Assembly (NCBI GenBank): GCA_003153015.1
Contig: PMBS01000138.1
Coordinates: forward strand, 55,482 to 116,419
DNA length: 60,938 nucleotides
Direction: 5' to 3'
Source of the DNA: Myxococcales bacterium
GTDB lineage: Bacteria; Myxococcota_A; Polyangia; Fen-1088
The position numbers were made by a program, and so were the translations under genes. Position 1 is the first letter of the stretch. Every line of letters begins with the position of its first letter. The notes beneath the pieces were generated by a model. The model did not search any database and was not told where the DNA came from. It saw only the letters and a list, made by a program, of their open reading frames with translations. Shown one piece after another: positions 34,540 to 43,868 of the stretch.

Positions 34540-35613
34540 TCAGTTGCAGTAGCCGACTTGAGTGGTTCCGGCGTAGATCGGCGTGGACGGATATTTGCAC
34601 AGCTTGCCTGTCGGGCAATCGGCAACCGTGTAGCAGTACTTGAAACATGTGCCCCCGTTGCTGCAGTAGTACCCGGGGGTGCAATCGGCGTCCGTGGCAC
34701 AAACCGCGCCGGCAATTCCGGTGCCCGACTGCTGCGGTACGCAGTCGGTGGCTCCTGGGTAGGACGTGCCCCACGAGCTACATCCGAATCCTACGGGACA
34801 GGCCAACAGTGGGTTACGAGGATTCTGGGGGGAAACTGGATCACACACGCGGGCGCACGCGGAAACCCCCGCGATCATGTTCACGGAGTCCCAATAGGTT
34901 TGGACGCAAGTCCGGGCAGAATCGACCGCTGGACAATCAGAATCTAGCTGACAGTATGTCTTGCAGACATCTCCGAAACATCCGAAGCCGCTTGCACAGG
35001 CTCCGTTTGTGCAGTCCGCGCCTTCCCCCAAGCTGCCGGACGGGTAACACTTCAGCCCGGTAGCTTGCGTGTTGGGGTAGCAGACCTGTCCGGTCGGGCA
35101 GCCGCAGGCTGGAAAGACATTGCAGGTGCCGCCAGCCGCAGGCGTTGGGCAAGACCCCGCGTCAGCACTGGGGGGGAGGCATTTGGTGCCGTTGCAGTCG
35201 GGGTGATAGCCTGCAGTTTCACAAGCTGTGTAGTCCGGTGCCGCACTCGTGCCGCAATTCGTAATGGTGGAGCACACCACCCCCGTAGCCCAGCACCCGC
35301 CAGGGAAAGTCCCTATAGGACCGCAGTAGGTCGGATACGCCGGGTTGGCACAGCCGGTCGTTCCGCCGCTCCCTCCGCCGCTGCCGCCGGTCCCTCCCGA
35401 GCGTCCGCCGCTGCCGCCGGTTCCGCCCGGTCCCCCAGTTCCTCCCGTGAACATCGGCGCGCTGTCGTCATAGCAGAAATTGCCGGCCCCATTGTTGACG
35501 CAAGTGAAACCGTCCGGGCATTCGCCTGTGTCGGAGCACTGGGTCTTGCCGCTTTGAAAATGCGGCGAGCAGCCGAGGAAGAGAACCAAGAAAATGAGAT
35601 CGCCCCGTTTCAT
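34540..35613 (-). CDS. Cys-rich secreted lipoprotein with a poly-Gly/Ser/Thr linker.
   Basis: MKRGDLIFLVLFLGCSPHF lipobox. GGTGGPGGTGGSGGRSGGTGGSGGGSGGTTG linker. Many paired Cys. ATG 35613. Confidence 0.7.
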   Translation of the reverse strand: MKRGDLIFLVLFLGCSPHFQSGKTQCSDTGECPDGFTCVNNGAGNFCYDDSAPMFTGGTGGPGGTGGSGGRSGGTGGSGGGSGGTTGCANPAYPTYCGPIGTFPGGCWATGVVCSTITNCGTSAAPDYTACETAGYHPDCNGTKCLPPSADAGSCPTPAAGGTCNVFPACGCPTGQVCYPNTQATGLKCYPSGSLGEGADCTNGACASGFGCFGDVCKTYCQLDSDCPAVDSARTCVQTYWDSVNMIAGVSACARVCDPVSPQNPRNPLLACPVGFGCSSWGTSYPGATDCVPQQSGTGIAGAVCATDADCTPGYYCSNGGTCFKYCYTVADCPTGKLCKYPSTPIYAGTTQVGYCN

Positions 35614-35635
35614 GTCAACGTCCTTGTCTTGTGTC

Positions 35636-36706
35636 CTAGAAGCGCCCACTCAGCGCAGCGCCAGCCATGCCCGGCCCCACGGTGGGCGCAAGAACCACTG
35701 AATTCGGCGGCGTGTCCTTGCCCGTGGCGAAGAGGATGATGGCGGTCGCGATGGCCGCGGCGCCCACGCCATAGCCGACCCACTGCAAGGTCGCGAAGGT
35801 CTCGCCGTCGCTCTTCTTGCCAGGGTCATATTTCGTCTCGACGTCAGAGAAATCCAACACGGCGAGAGCGGTGAAGACACCGCCCGCGAGCAGCCCAGCT
35901 ACGCCCACCCCGCCTATCACCCAGGCCGCGGTCCTGCGACCACTGCCGGATTCCGTGGGCGGGGGCGGCACCTGCTCGGCAGTCGCGGCTGGGCCCAGCG
36001 TTGACGGAGGCGCAGTTGCGGGCGCGGGGTATTGCGCGGGGTATTGCGGAGGATACTGCGCGGGATACTGCGGGGGATATTGCGCGGGAGCGAATGGCGA
36101 CGGTGGGTATGGCGCAGGACCGGCTGGCCCTTGCGGCTGGACGGGTGGCACATCGAACCGAGCCGGCGGCGTTTCTGGCATCACGGCCGGGGCCACTGGT
36201 GGCTGTGCTGGCGGCAGGGGCGCGTAGCCGCCGGGGGCTGGCATTGGCGGTGTCGGTGCCACCGGCATTGGAGGTGGCGGTGCCATCGGCAAGGCGGGCG
36301 GAACCGCAGCGCCAGCAGGGGTTGATCCACGCTGGCGTAGCTGGTCCATTTCCGCGATCCAGCCTTCAACCTCGGCGCGATCCTCGGGCGTGACATCCTT
36401 CTTCTTGACCAGGTACTCGCGCAGATTGGACAGGGCCGGATCAGGACGGCGTAGATAGTAGTAGCAGGCTCCCAGGTTGCGCACGAAGACCGGCATGCCC
36501 GGGTTGTCGACGCTCAATTGCAGGAAGACCGCCGCGGCCTCTTCGTAGTTTCCCTGTTTGTAGAGTTGAGTCGCCCTTTTCGCGTCGGCCGAACCCTTCT
36601 TGTCGAGGCCCGCCGCCGCGGCTCCCGGTTCGAGCCCCAGGAGTGCAAGGAGCATCGCGAGCACGACGAGAATTCCAATGGAAGTTCGGTTCAGTTTAGG
36701 CACCAT
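35636..36706 (-). CDS. Signal peptide + TPR + Pro/Tyr/Gln-rich linker + C-terminal Gly-rich membrane anchor. Paralog of 8064..8873.
   Basis: ATG 36706 is preceded by GAGGGAAAG. MVPKLNRTSIGILVVLAMLLALLGL. TPR-like region EEAAAVFLQLSVDNPGMPVFVRNLGACYYYLRRPDPALSNLREYL. QYPAQYPPQYPAQYPA repeats. AAWVIGGVGVAGLLAGGVFTALAV. The C-terminus ...GPGMAGAALSGRF parallels ...APGMTGIALAGRL of the paralog. Confidence 0.7.
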   Translation of the reverse strand: MVPKLNRTSIGILVVLAMLLALLGLEPGAAAAGLDKKGSADAKRATQLYKQGNYEEAAAVFLQLSVDNPGMPVFVRNLGACYYYLRRPDPALSNLREYLVKKKDVTPEDRAEVEGWIAEMDQLRQRGSTPAGAAVPPALPMAPPPPMPVAPTPPMPAPGGYAPLPPAQPPVAPAVMPETPPARFDVPPVQPQGPAGPAPYPPSPFAPAQYPPQYPAQYPPQYPAQYPAPATAPPSTLGPAATAEQVPPPPTESGSGRRTAAWVIGGVGVAGLLAGGVFTALAVLDFSDVETKYDPGKKSDGETFATLQWVGYGVGAAAIATAIILFATGKDTPPNSVVLAPTVGPGMAGAALSGRF

Positions 36707-36844
36707 GCGTCTTTCCCTCATCCCCGCCGATGGTACGACGCCCGCGAGAATCTGCACGACTTTTTGTGCGGCTCCTGTTCACGATGCAGCGCTCACCGAT
36801 TCATGTGCAGGTCCACAGCGGTGCAATGGTAAGAACACACGACG

Positions 36845-37888
36845 ATGTCTGGTCTGAGATTCATCAGAAAGTCTGAACAAGCACCGCTGGCCGCGGGCCC
36901 GCGCTCGCGCGTGGCTGCGTATGACCTCGGGTCGAACTCGTTCCACCTGCTGGTGGCCGAGGCGGATGGCCAAGGCGGGCTGCTCTTGCTCGAACAGGCA
37001 CAGGAGATGGTGCGTCTGGGCGCGGAGTCACTTCGTGACGGCGTAATTCCCGAGGACAGCTTCGCGCGTGGTCTGGAAGCCTTGCGCAAGCTACGCAGCC
37101 TGGCTGATCAGCATAAGCCCGGGAGTACGGTGGCGGTCGCCACCAGCACCATTCGCGAGGCGCGCAACGGTGCCGAGTTCGTGAGTGCTGTGCAGCGCGA
37201 GGTAGGACTTGCGGTGGAGGTGCTCGATCCGTTCAAAGAGGCCACGCTCATCTACTGGGGGGCGCGCCAGGCGCTGGATCTGGACAAGCACAAGGTTGCC
37301 CTTTTCGATGTCGGTGGCGGCTCGATCAAGGCACTGGTGGGCGATGCCAACGAGTGTCTGTTCGCTACGTCGATGCCGATGGGTGTGCTGCGCTTGCGTG
37401 ACGAGTGCCGCTTTGCTGGCAAGATGTCCCGCGCCGAAATCCTCACCGCCGAGACGCGTGTGCGGGTGCTGGTGCAGCCGGCGGTTCGGCAGATGCAGAA
37501 GGTCGGCTTCGACTTCGTCACCTTCACTTCGGGCACGGCCCTGGCGCTGGCCCGGCTGGCCAAAGGCAGCGCGGGCAGGGCCGCGCCGGTCGCGGGCAAG
37601 GCCGGGGAAGGGCTGGGTCGTCATCTCGCGCTCTCGCTCGACGATCTGAAACTGCTCGAGCAGCGTCTGGCCGACGCCAGCGAGGAAGAGCGTGCTGCCA
37701 TCCCGGGGCTCAGCGCTTTGCGTGCGGACACACTTCTGCCCGGCACCGTCGTGCTGCGGACCTTGCTGGAGCTGACCGGCTATCCCGGCGCCCTGGTGTG
37801 CGAGAGCGCGCTCAAGGAAGGCCTGGTGGTGAACTACTTCGCGCACCGGGACGCGGGTTTGGCGGCGGACTTGCCGGAGGAAATCTAG
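36845..37888 (+). CDS. Ppx/GppA-family phosphatase (exopolyphosphatase / guanosine pentaphosphate phosphohydrolase).
   Basis: AAYDLGSNSFHLLVAE, VAVATSTIREARNG, LFDVGGGSIKALVG are the ASKHA-fold phosphate motifs typical of Ppx/GppA. Confidence 0.85.
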   Translation: MSGLRFIRKSEQAPLAAGPRSRVAAYDLGSNSFHLLVAEADGQGGLLLLEQAQEMVRLGAESLRDGVIPEDSFARGLEALRKLRSLADQHKPGSTVAVATSTIREARNGAEFVSAVQREVGLAVEVLDPFKEATLIYWGARQALDLDKHKVALFDVGGGSIKALVGDANECLFATSMPMGVLRLRDECRFAGKMSRAEILTAETRVRVLVQPAVRQMQKVGFDFVTFTSGTALALARLAKGSAGRAAPVAGKAGEGLGRHLALSLDDLKLLEQRLADASEEERAAIPGLSALRADTLLPGTVVLRTLLELTGYPGALVCESALKEGLVVNYFAHRDAGLAADLPEEI

Positions 37889-38614
37889 TCACGGCTTCGG
37901 CATATTGAAGCGACTGGCGGGGATCTTTTCGTCGAACACCAGGCTGGTGATGCGGCCCTCTACGGTGGTGGGGCCGGCGGTCATCTTTTCTAGATACCAG
38001 GTCTTGATGCCCTTGACCGAGCGCCAGTCGCCGAACACGAGTCGGTAGGGGATGTCGCCACCGGGCGAGGGTTGCACACCGGTCTGCACAACCCGCAGAT
38101 GCGTCTTTGCGTCGAAGCACAGCACGGATGGCTTGCCCAGCTTCTTCTGTAACTCCACGCATTCGAGGTCGGTGCCCGCTTCGGCTGCCGTTTGATTGGG
38201 TACTGGAACAGATCGGATCGCGAGGTAAAGGCTCGCCAGATCGGGCTCGGCGTTCCAGGCCGCGTTGATGCGAGAGTCTTCTTGCTCGGCGCCCTCCAGC
38301 TTGCGCAACCCAAAGACCGGATCCTGTGACCAGAACACGCGGCCATCCGAGCCCTGGCGAAACGTTCCCACGTCCCTCAGAGTGGATTCACTCCGGGTTT
38401 TTCCGTCGGCAGTGGCCCAGTGTTCTTCGTTGCCACTGGCCCCTTGGCCGGTCACGGTCAGTGCGCGCTTGAGGTGTACGCTGCGCAACCGTTTCCATGC
38501 CTGCAGCCCGCCGACGGCGTTGGCGTAGTCATCCAGAATGGCCTGCGCCGGCCGCAGAGGCGTCGGGCCTTCGGCCGGGGCTGCGGCCAACAGGGACAAG
38601 AGAACAGCGATCAT
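37889..38614 (-). CDS. Secreted hypothetical protein (LolA-fold-like / lipoprotein-sorting-like).
   Basis: MIAVLLSLLAAAPAEG signal. Beta-rich sequence. The start overlaps the S41 peptidase stop (ATGA). The family call is tentative. Confidence 0.55.
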   Translation of the reverse strand: MIAVLLSLLAAAPAEGPTPLRPAQAILDDYANAVGGLQAWKRLRSVHLKRALTVTGQGASGNEEHWATADGKTRSESTLRDVGTFRQGSDGRVFWSQDPVFGLRKLEGAEQEDSRINAAWNAEPDLASLYLAIRSVPVPNQTAAEAGTDLECVELQKKLGKPSVLCFDAKTHLRVVQTGVQPSPGGDIPYRLVFGDWRSVKGIKTWYLEKMTAGPTTVEGRITSLVFDEKIPASRFNMPKP

Positions 38615-40065
38615 TGCGGGTGCGATGCTTTGGCCAGGTCAAGGCCGGCGTCAAGTACGACGTCGCGGCCGGCCAAGAACCCCGCGCGCGTCTCCCACAC
38701 CCGATGGTCGGGCTGCACGCCCCGACCCTCGATGGTCATGCCCTTGGGCGTTCTGAAGTCAGCCACCGGAATCTGCACCACAGCGCCGCCCGGCAATCCC
38801 TCGATGATTGAGCCCAAGGCCGCGCCCGCGGTGGTGTCCCCGACGACGAAGGCGCGCTTCGCCTCTTGCAGCCCGGCGGCGAAGATCTCTGAGGTCGAAG
38901 CGCTGCCCTCGTCGGTGAGGATGACCACCCGGCCGGCGAAGGGTTTGATGCCGAGCGAGGCGGTGGTGGCGAGCGTGTTGGAGAAATCGCGATAGACGAT
39001 GGTGCCCAGGGTCAGCGGCGCGGTGCTAAGACGCGCGGCCAGGGGAATGACCATGGCGCCGATGCCACCCGGGTTACCGCGCAGGTCAATGATGATGGCC
39101 TTGGCCCCGCGAGCCCGGAATCCGTCTATGGCCTTCTGCACTTCGCCGAGCACAGGCTGCAGCAAGAATACGTTGAAGGCCAGGATGCCGACCTCGCCGC
39201 TCTGCCGGCTTGCCACTTCTGGAACCACGGGCGACATGTTGAGCACCTGAATGGCACGCGCTGGGGGTGGGTCGCGTTCCAACATGACTTCAATCGGACG
39301 ATCGTTCTCGTCAAGACAGCGCAGGCTCACTCGACTTCCCACCGGGCCAGCCAGACGACGCGCCGCCAATTGGCGCAGGCGAAAGCGCTCTTCCACCGGT
39401 CGCAGCGCCCGGCCTGAGGGCGGCAGTGAGGCCAGGGCACGGCCACCGATGTGGGTGACCAGAAAACCGGGCCGCAGGCCGGCGCCCGCGGCCGAGGAGC
39501 CGGGGCGCACGCGGGTGATGGTCGGCTTGCCCTCGATGATGCGGACGAGCAGCCCGGGATCGCCGTAGTCGTCGCCTGCCTCGCGAATGGCATCGGCGGC
39601 AGCGGTTCTGGCCTGCGGGGACGCAATCTCGTCGGGCGGCGGTCCCGGTTCCTCGCCCGGGCCATGCACCTGTAAGTGCGATTGACCGAGCAGCCCGAGC
39701 ATCTCATTGAGCAGCCGGTAGAACGTCGGCTCATCAGGTGCGGCCAACGCGAGGGGCTGGTACTTTCGGCGCAAGCCATCCCAGTCCAGGCCGCCCAGCG
39801 TCTTGTCGAAGTGCTTGTCGCGCACGGCAGTCCAGGCGCCCGTGAAGATCGCCTCGCGGATCTGATTGCGCGGCGAGCCCGGGTGCCAAGCTTGGCTTCC
39901 TGAGCCGCCGTCAGCGCCCAGCGGGACAAAGGCAGGCGGCTGCATGGCGGTGGGGGCATCCGGTCCGGGTGTGGCGGTCGGCGGCTGCGGGGCAGGCGCG
40001 CGGCCCGCGCAGGCGAGGAGGGACAGCGCGAAAAGGGGAGCGACACGACGAAGGAGGGTCAACAC
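38611..40065 (-). CDS. S41-family C-terminal processing peptidase (PDZ domain), lipoprotein.
   Basis: IIDLRGNPGG, VILTDEGSASTSEIFAAGLQ (Ser nucleophile), VVGDTTAG. PDZ-like LVRIIEGKPTITRVRPGSSAAGAGLRPG. GTG 40065 gives MLTLLRRVAPLFALSLLACAG. The ORF extends to 40134. Confidence 0.85.
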   Translation of the reverse strand: MLTLLRRVAPLFALSLLACAGRAPAPQPPTATPGPDAPTAMQPPAFVPLGADGGSGSQAWHPGSPRNQIREAIFTGAWTAVRDKHFDKTLGGLDWDGLRRKYQPLALAAPDEPTFYRLLNEMLGLLGQSHLQVHGPGEEPGPPPDEIASPQARTAAADAIREAGDDYGDPGLLVRIIEGKPTITRVRPGSSAAGAGLRPGFLVTHIGGRALASLPPSGRALRPVEERFRLRQLAARRLAGPVGSRVSLRCLDENDRPIEVMLERDPPPARAIQVLNMSPVVPEVASRQSGEVGILAFNVFLLQPVLGEVQKAIDGFRARGAKAIIIDLRGNPGGIGAMVIPLAARLSTAPLTLGTIVYRDFSNTLATTASLGIKPFAGRVVILTDEGSASTSEIFAAGLQEAKRAFVVGDTTAGAALGSIIEGLPGGAVVQIPVADFRTPKGMTIEGRGVQPDHRVWETRAGFLAGRDVVLDAGLDLAKASHPQ

Positions 40066-40116
40066 GTTTTCCAGTCTAGCCTTGCTCCCGTATAGAATCC
40101 CCTTCCTTCGGATGAA

Positions 40117-42480
40117 TTGGCTGTGAACTCCCATCGCACAATTTCCAGGCTCGGCTGGCCAGCCCTGGCGGCCCTAGTCGCCATGCTGCCCTACGCTGGG
40201 CTGGCGCTTGGGATAAGCGATCTTTACTACGACGACCACCTGCGCTTCGACGTGCCCATGACCGGCCTCATCAACCAGGCGCTACGCAGCGGGCACCTGC
40301 CGCTCTGGAACCCCTACGTGGGAGTGGGCGCTCCGTTGATCACCGACGTCAGCGCACTGCCGGTTTACCCTGCCCGGATTCTGGGCTGCGCGCTGCCGGC
40401 AGGACAGGCATTGGGCCTGCTCTTGCTCATCCAGCTTGGCGTGCTCGCGGCGGGCGCAACCGTACTGTTGCGCGAGTTGGGTGCGCTGTCCGTGCTGGCT
40501 GCCGGGGCTGGGGCTGCGCTTGCCCTGGCCGGACCTGCGCCCTCATGGCTGACCAGCCCAGCGTACCTTACCTCGCTGTCGTTTTTCCCTTGGACGTTGT
40601 TGTTTGCCAGACGTCTGGGTCGTGGCGAGAGTATGGCGCTCATCGGGCTGGGGGTGAGCATCGGTCTGGCCACGTTGGGCGGCGATGTGCCGGGCACCCT
40701 CTTTGCCACGGGAGCGGGGTTGCTCGTGTGGTGGGGGGCATGTCGTGAGCGACGGCGCGCAGACATTGCGTTGCGTGCCGATCTGGTACGCCTGAGCGGC
40801 GCTGGCGGCCTGGCCCTGGTCATTGGCGCTGGAAGCTGGGTGCCACTCTGTTGGTTTTTGCAGAGGTCAGCGCGTGGCAGCGGTATTACTTCCATGGAAG
40901 CCGGCCAATGGTCGCTCTCTCCGGCGGACTTGCTAGGGCTCTTCTTGCCCAATCCACGCGGCTTGCCCCTGCCCGAGTTCACCTTCTGGCCCTTTCGCAC
41001 CATGAGCCGGGAACGGCTCTTTGTTCACAGTCTCTACGTCGGCGCCACCGTGGCCGGGTTCGGGCTATGGGGGTTCTGGCGCGAGCGCAAGGACGCTTTC
41101 GTGCGCTGGGCGGCGGTGGCGGCAATCGTGCTCTACCTTCTGGCGACCGGCGCCGAGACGCCCCTGTGGGGCGTGACCCACGGGATATTCACCTACTTCC
41201 GCTATCCCTCGAAGCTGGCCCCCTACGCAGTCATTCTCATCGGCGTGGTCGGTGCGCTGACCCTGTCGCGTGCCATCGCTGACTTGCGACGGTTGGCCCA
41301 GGTGGCGGGCACGGTGGCGGGGTTCTGCACCCTCGGCGCTCTGCTGGGGCCAGCAATCCAGGGTCCTCTCGCTCGCGCCGCGGGTGCACCCGGCAGTATT
41401 GTGCAACAGGCGGGCGAGACACTGCGACGCGACGGGGCGCGCGCTGCTGCGTTTGCGGCGGCGGTGGTCGTGCTGTGCTGGCTGGTGGGAAGAAAACGCG
41501 TTGGCGTCCGAATGCTGCCGGCCCTGCTCGGCGGCCTGCTCGCGCTTGATTCTTCGCTGGCTGGGCTGGACTTGCACTGGACCGCTTCTCCCGCCGCGAC
41601 ATCTCGGCCTGACTGGGTGCCCGAGGTGCGCCCCTGGGGGGCGCGCGTCCTGCGCAGCCAGGTGATTGACCAGAATCGCCTTGGGCTCGACGGCGCGGCC
41701 TATCGCGCTGAGTACCAGCGTAAACTTGCCGAGCTTCTGCCCAATTCCAACCTCGATCATCACATGGGCGTACTCTTCGGCTACGGACTGGAGTTGGCGG
41801 ACCCGGCCCAGCGAATCGCCACATTGTATGACGTTGACGGCGTAGTGCTGGCTGAGGCCACGGGTTGCGATATTGCCATGGCGCCGAGCAGCCGCCGCTT
41901 GCGCTGGGCCGTGCAGGGGATGGCCTCGGGACGACTCACCCTGACCACTCGGTTGCCCGACGCTGCGGTGATGTCGGTGACCCACAAGTTGCCGCGCGCC
42001 TTTCTCACCACAGGTGCGCGCATCGTCGCACCGGGCAGTGAACCGGCTGCACTGGCCGCTGCCGAGGATCGGCCCGCAGTCATCGTGACAGCCGGCGAAG
42101 TGCTGGTGCGGGGTCGGCGCGCGCCTATGGCCGTGCCCGCTGGGGACGTCCTGCTCGATGGGCCAGGCGGGATCGTCGAGGTCAGGCCCGCTGCGTGGCA
42201 GCCTGAACGCGTGCGTTTCGATCTGGTCGCGCCCGGCCCCCGGCTCTTCGTGCTGCTGGATGCGTTTGCTGACGGCTGGCGCGCTTGGCTGGATGGGGCC
42301 GAGGTGCCCATCCTGCGGGCGAACTCAGTCGGACGCGGCGTGATCGTGTCCGCAGGCACGCACACGCTCGAGATGCGCTTCCAACCCTTGGCGCTCACCC
42401 TGTCGCCATGGGTTTCGTGGCTGTCGCTCCTGACCGTTGCGATGGCCGCCGCGTTTGGGCGTCTCCGCCGGCGCGGCTAG
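40117..42480 (+). CDS. YfhO-like large polytopic membrane protein (putative envelope glycosyltransferase), paralog 1.
   Basis: LINQALRSGHLPLWNPYVGVGAPLITDVSALPVYPARIL parallels RLPLWNPHVALGRPFLADVETAFLYPPHLL in 43869..46118. The xLPLWNPyxxxGxP motif is characteristic of the YfhO family. Many TM segments plus a C-terminal beta-rich domain and terminal TM. The start (TTG 40117 / GTG 40123) is uncertain. Confidence 0.68.
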   Translation: MAVNSHRTISRLGWPALAALVAMLPYAGLALGISDLYYDDHLRFDVPMTGLINQALRSGHLPLWNPYVGVGAPLITDVSALPVYPARILGCALPAGQALGLLLLIQLGVLAAGATVLLRELGALSVLAAGAGAALALAGPAPSWLTSPAYLTSLSFFPWTLLFARRLGRGESMALIGLGVSIGLATLGGDVPGTLFATGAGLLVWWGACRERRRADIALRADLVRLSGAGGLALVIGAGSWVPLCWFLQRSARGSGITSMEAGQWSLSPADLLGLFLPNPRGLPLPEFTFWPFRTMSRERLFVHSLYVGATVAGFGLWGFWRERKDAFVRWAAVAAIVLYLLATGAETPLWGVTHGIFTYFRYPSKLAPYAVILIGVVGALTLSRAIADLRRLAQVAGTVAGFCTLGALLGPAIQGPLARAAGAPGSIVQQAGETLRRDGARAAAFAAAVVVLCWLVGRKRVGVRMLPALLGGLLALDSSLAGLDLHWTASPAATSRPDWVPEVRPWGARVLRSQVIDQNRLGLDGAAYRAEYQRKLAELLPNSNLDHHMGVLFGYGLELADPAQRIATLYDVDGVVLAEATGCDIAMAPSSRRLRWAVQGMASGRLTLTTRLPDAAVMSVTHKLPRAFLTTGARIVAPGSEPAALAAAEDRPAVIVTAGEVLVRGRRAPMAVPAGDVLLDGPGGIVEVRPAAWQPERVRFDLVAPGPRLFVLLDAFADGWRAWLDGAEVPILRANSVGRGVIVSAGTHTLEMRFQPLALTLSPWVSWLSLLTVAMAAAFGRLRRRG

Positions 42481-43202
42481 CGCGCTCCGAAGATCGCCGT
42501 GCCCACCCGCACCAGGGTTGCGCCCTCGGCCACCGCGACTTCCAGGTCGTGGCTCATGCCCATGGACAGCTCGGCAAGCTGGACGTTGGGCTGGCTGATG
42601 GCTGCCTGCTCGTCGCGCAAACGGCGCAGGGCCGCGAAAATCGGCCGCGACTCCTCGGGATTGTCGCTGAAAGGGGGCATGACCATCAGTCCGGTGCAGC
42701 GCAAGTGGGTCAGCCGGGCAAAGCTGGCCAGCAGCTCGGCGAGTGCCGCTGGCGCCACGCCGTGCTTCTGCGCCTCGCCGGCCAGGTTGACCTGGATGAG
42801 GCAGTCCTGCGGCGCTGATGGCTGCAGCGTGGCCACGCGCCGCTCGATCTCGGCCAGCACGTCTTCCGCTTCGATCGAATGAATCAGCGCTACCCTGCCG
42901 GCCACGTATTTCACTTTGTTGGTTTGCAGCGGGCCAATGAAGTGCCAGAGCGGCTGTGGCAAATCGGAGACTTGGGCACCGGTCTCGACCTCGAAGCGCT
43001 TGTCGCGGAATTCCTGCCCGTAGCTCTCGCCAAAATCCCGCTGGCCAGCGGCAAGCGCAGCCAGAATGTCGGCCGCTGCCACGGTCTTGCTGACTGCCAC
43101 CAGGCGCGCGCTGCCCGCGGCCCGACCCGCGGCGGCCTCGGCTTGTGCGATGCGGGCGCGCACGTCGGCTAGGTTGGCGGCGATGGCTTGCGCGCGATTC
43201 AC
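42477..43202 (-). CDS. yggS: YggS-family pyridoxal-phosphate homeostasis protein.
   Basis: LVAVSKT (PLP Lys), FGESYGQE, WHFIGPLQTNKVKY, IHSIE, LMVMPP, LSMGMSHDLEVAVAEGATLVRVGTAIFG. GTG 43202 overlaps the maf stop. Confidence 0.88.
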   Translation of the reverse strand: MNRAQAIAANLADVRARIAQAEAAAGRAAGSARLVAVSKTVAAADILAALAAGQRDFGESYGQEFRDKRFEVETGAQVSDLPQPLWHFIGPLQTNKVKYVAGRVALIHSIEAEDVLAEIERRVATLQPSAPQDCLIQVNLAGEAQKHGVAPAALAELLASFARLTHLRCTGLMVMPPFSDNPEESRPIFAALRRLRDEQAAISQPNVQLAELSMGMSHDLEVAVAEGATLVRVGTAIFGAR

Positions 43203-43816
43203 TGGGCGTTTCCTCCAAAAGCCGGCGGCGGGTAGCGGGGCAGGGCCTCCAGTGCGCGCAGGTCCGCTATTACCTCGGCCAGCGGCAACCCGACCACGTT
43301 GGAGAACGACCCGTGCACCTCGATGGCGAATGCTCCTGCGATGCCCTGGATGGCGTAGGCGCCGGCCTTGCCCTGCCATTCGTCGCAATCGAGATAGGCG
43401 CGCAACTCGGCCGGGTCGAGCGAGCGAAAAGTCACGCCGGTGCTGACCACACGTTCAACCATGCGGCCGGCAAAGTGCGCGCGATACGCGGTCATCACCT
43501 CGTGGCGCCGGCCTGCCAGCCGGCGCAGCATGGCCGCGGCCTCCTCCTGGTTGGCCGGTTTGCCCAGGATGTCGTCATCCAGCACGACCACCGTGTCCGC
43601 GGTCAAGACCGGCAGTGCTGGCGAGCCCAGTCTGGCGAGCGCCGCAGCGGCCTTCTCCGCCGCCAGGCGCTGGGCGTAGGCGCGCGGCCTTTCGCCCGGC
43701 GTCGGCGTCTCGTCAACCTCTACCGGCTCGATCCGCAGCAGCAAACCCAGACGTTCTAGCAGCTCACGTCGGCGCGGCGACGCAGAGGCCAGAATGAGAT
43801 CGGGCGTAGGTTTCAT
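43199..43816 (-). CDS. maf: Maf-like nucleoside triphosphate pyrophosphatase.
   Basis: LILASASPRRRELLERLGL, TADTVVVLDD.ILGKP, GKAGAYAIQG, SNVVGLPL. Confidence 0.9.
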   Translation of the reverse strand: MKPTPDLILASASPRRRELLERLGLLLRIEPVEVDETPTPGERPRAYAQRLAAEKAAAALARLGSPALPVLTADTVVVLDDDILGKPANQEEAAAMLRRLAGRRHEVMTAYRAHFAGRMVERVVSTGVTFRSLDPAELRAYLDCDEWQGKAGAYAIQGIAGAFAIEVHGSFSNVVGLPLAEVIADLRALEALPRYPPPAFGGNAQ

Positions 43817-43868
43817 GGTCAGCGAGTATATAGTGGCCGGTGCGGAAGATGCGTGGTCTGTGTTGCAG

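Noticed and set aside
40066-40134. Apparent overlap of the divergent genes for the S41 peptidase (ORF to 40134) and YfhO-like 1 (ORF from 40117).
   Set aside because: The overlap is an artefact of longest-ORF calling. GTG 40065 gives a textbook lipoprotein signal for the peptidase, leaving a short divergent spacer. The exact starts remain uncertain.
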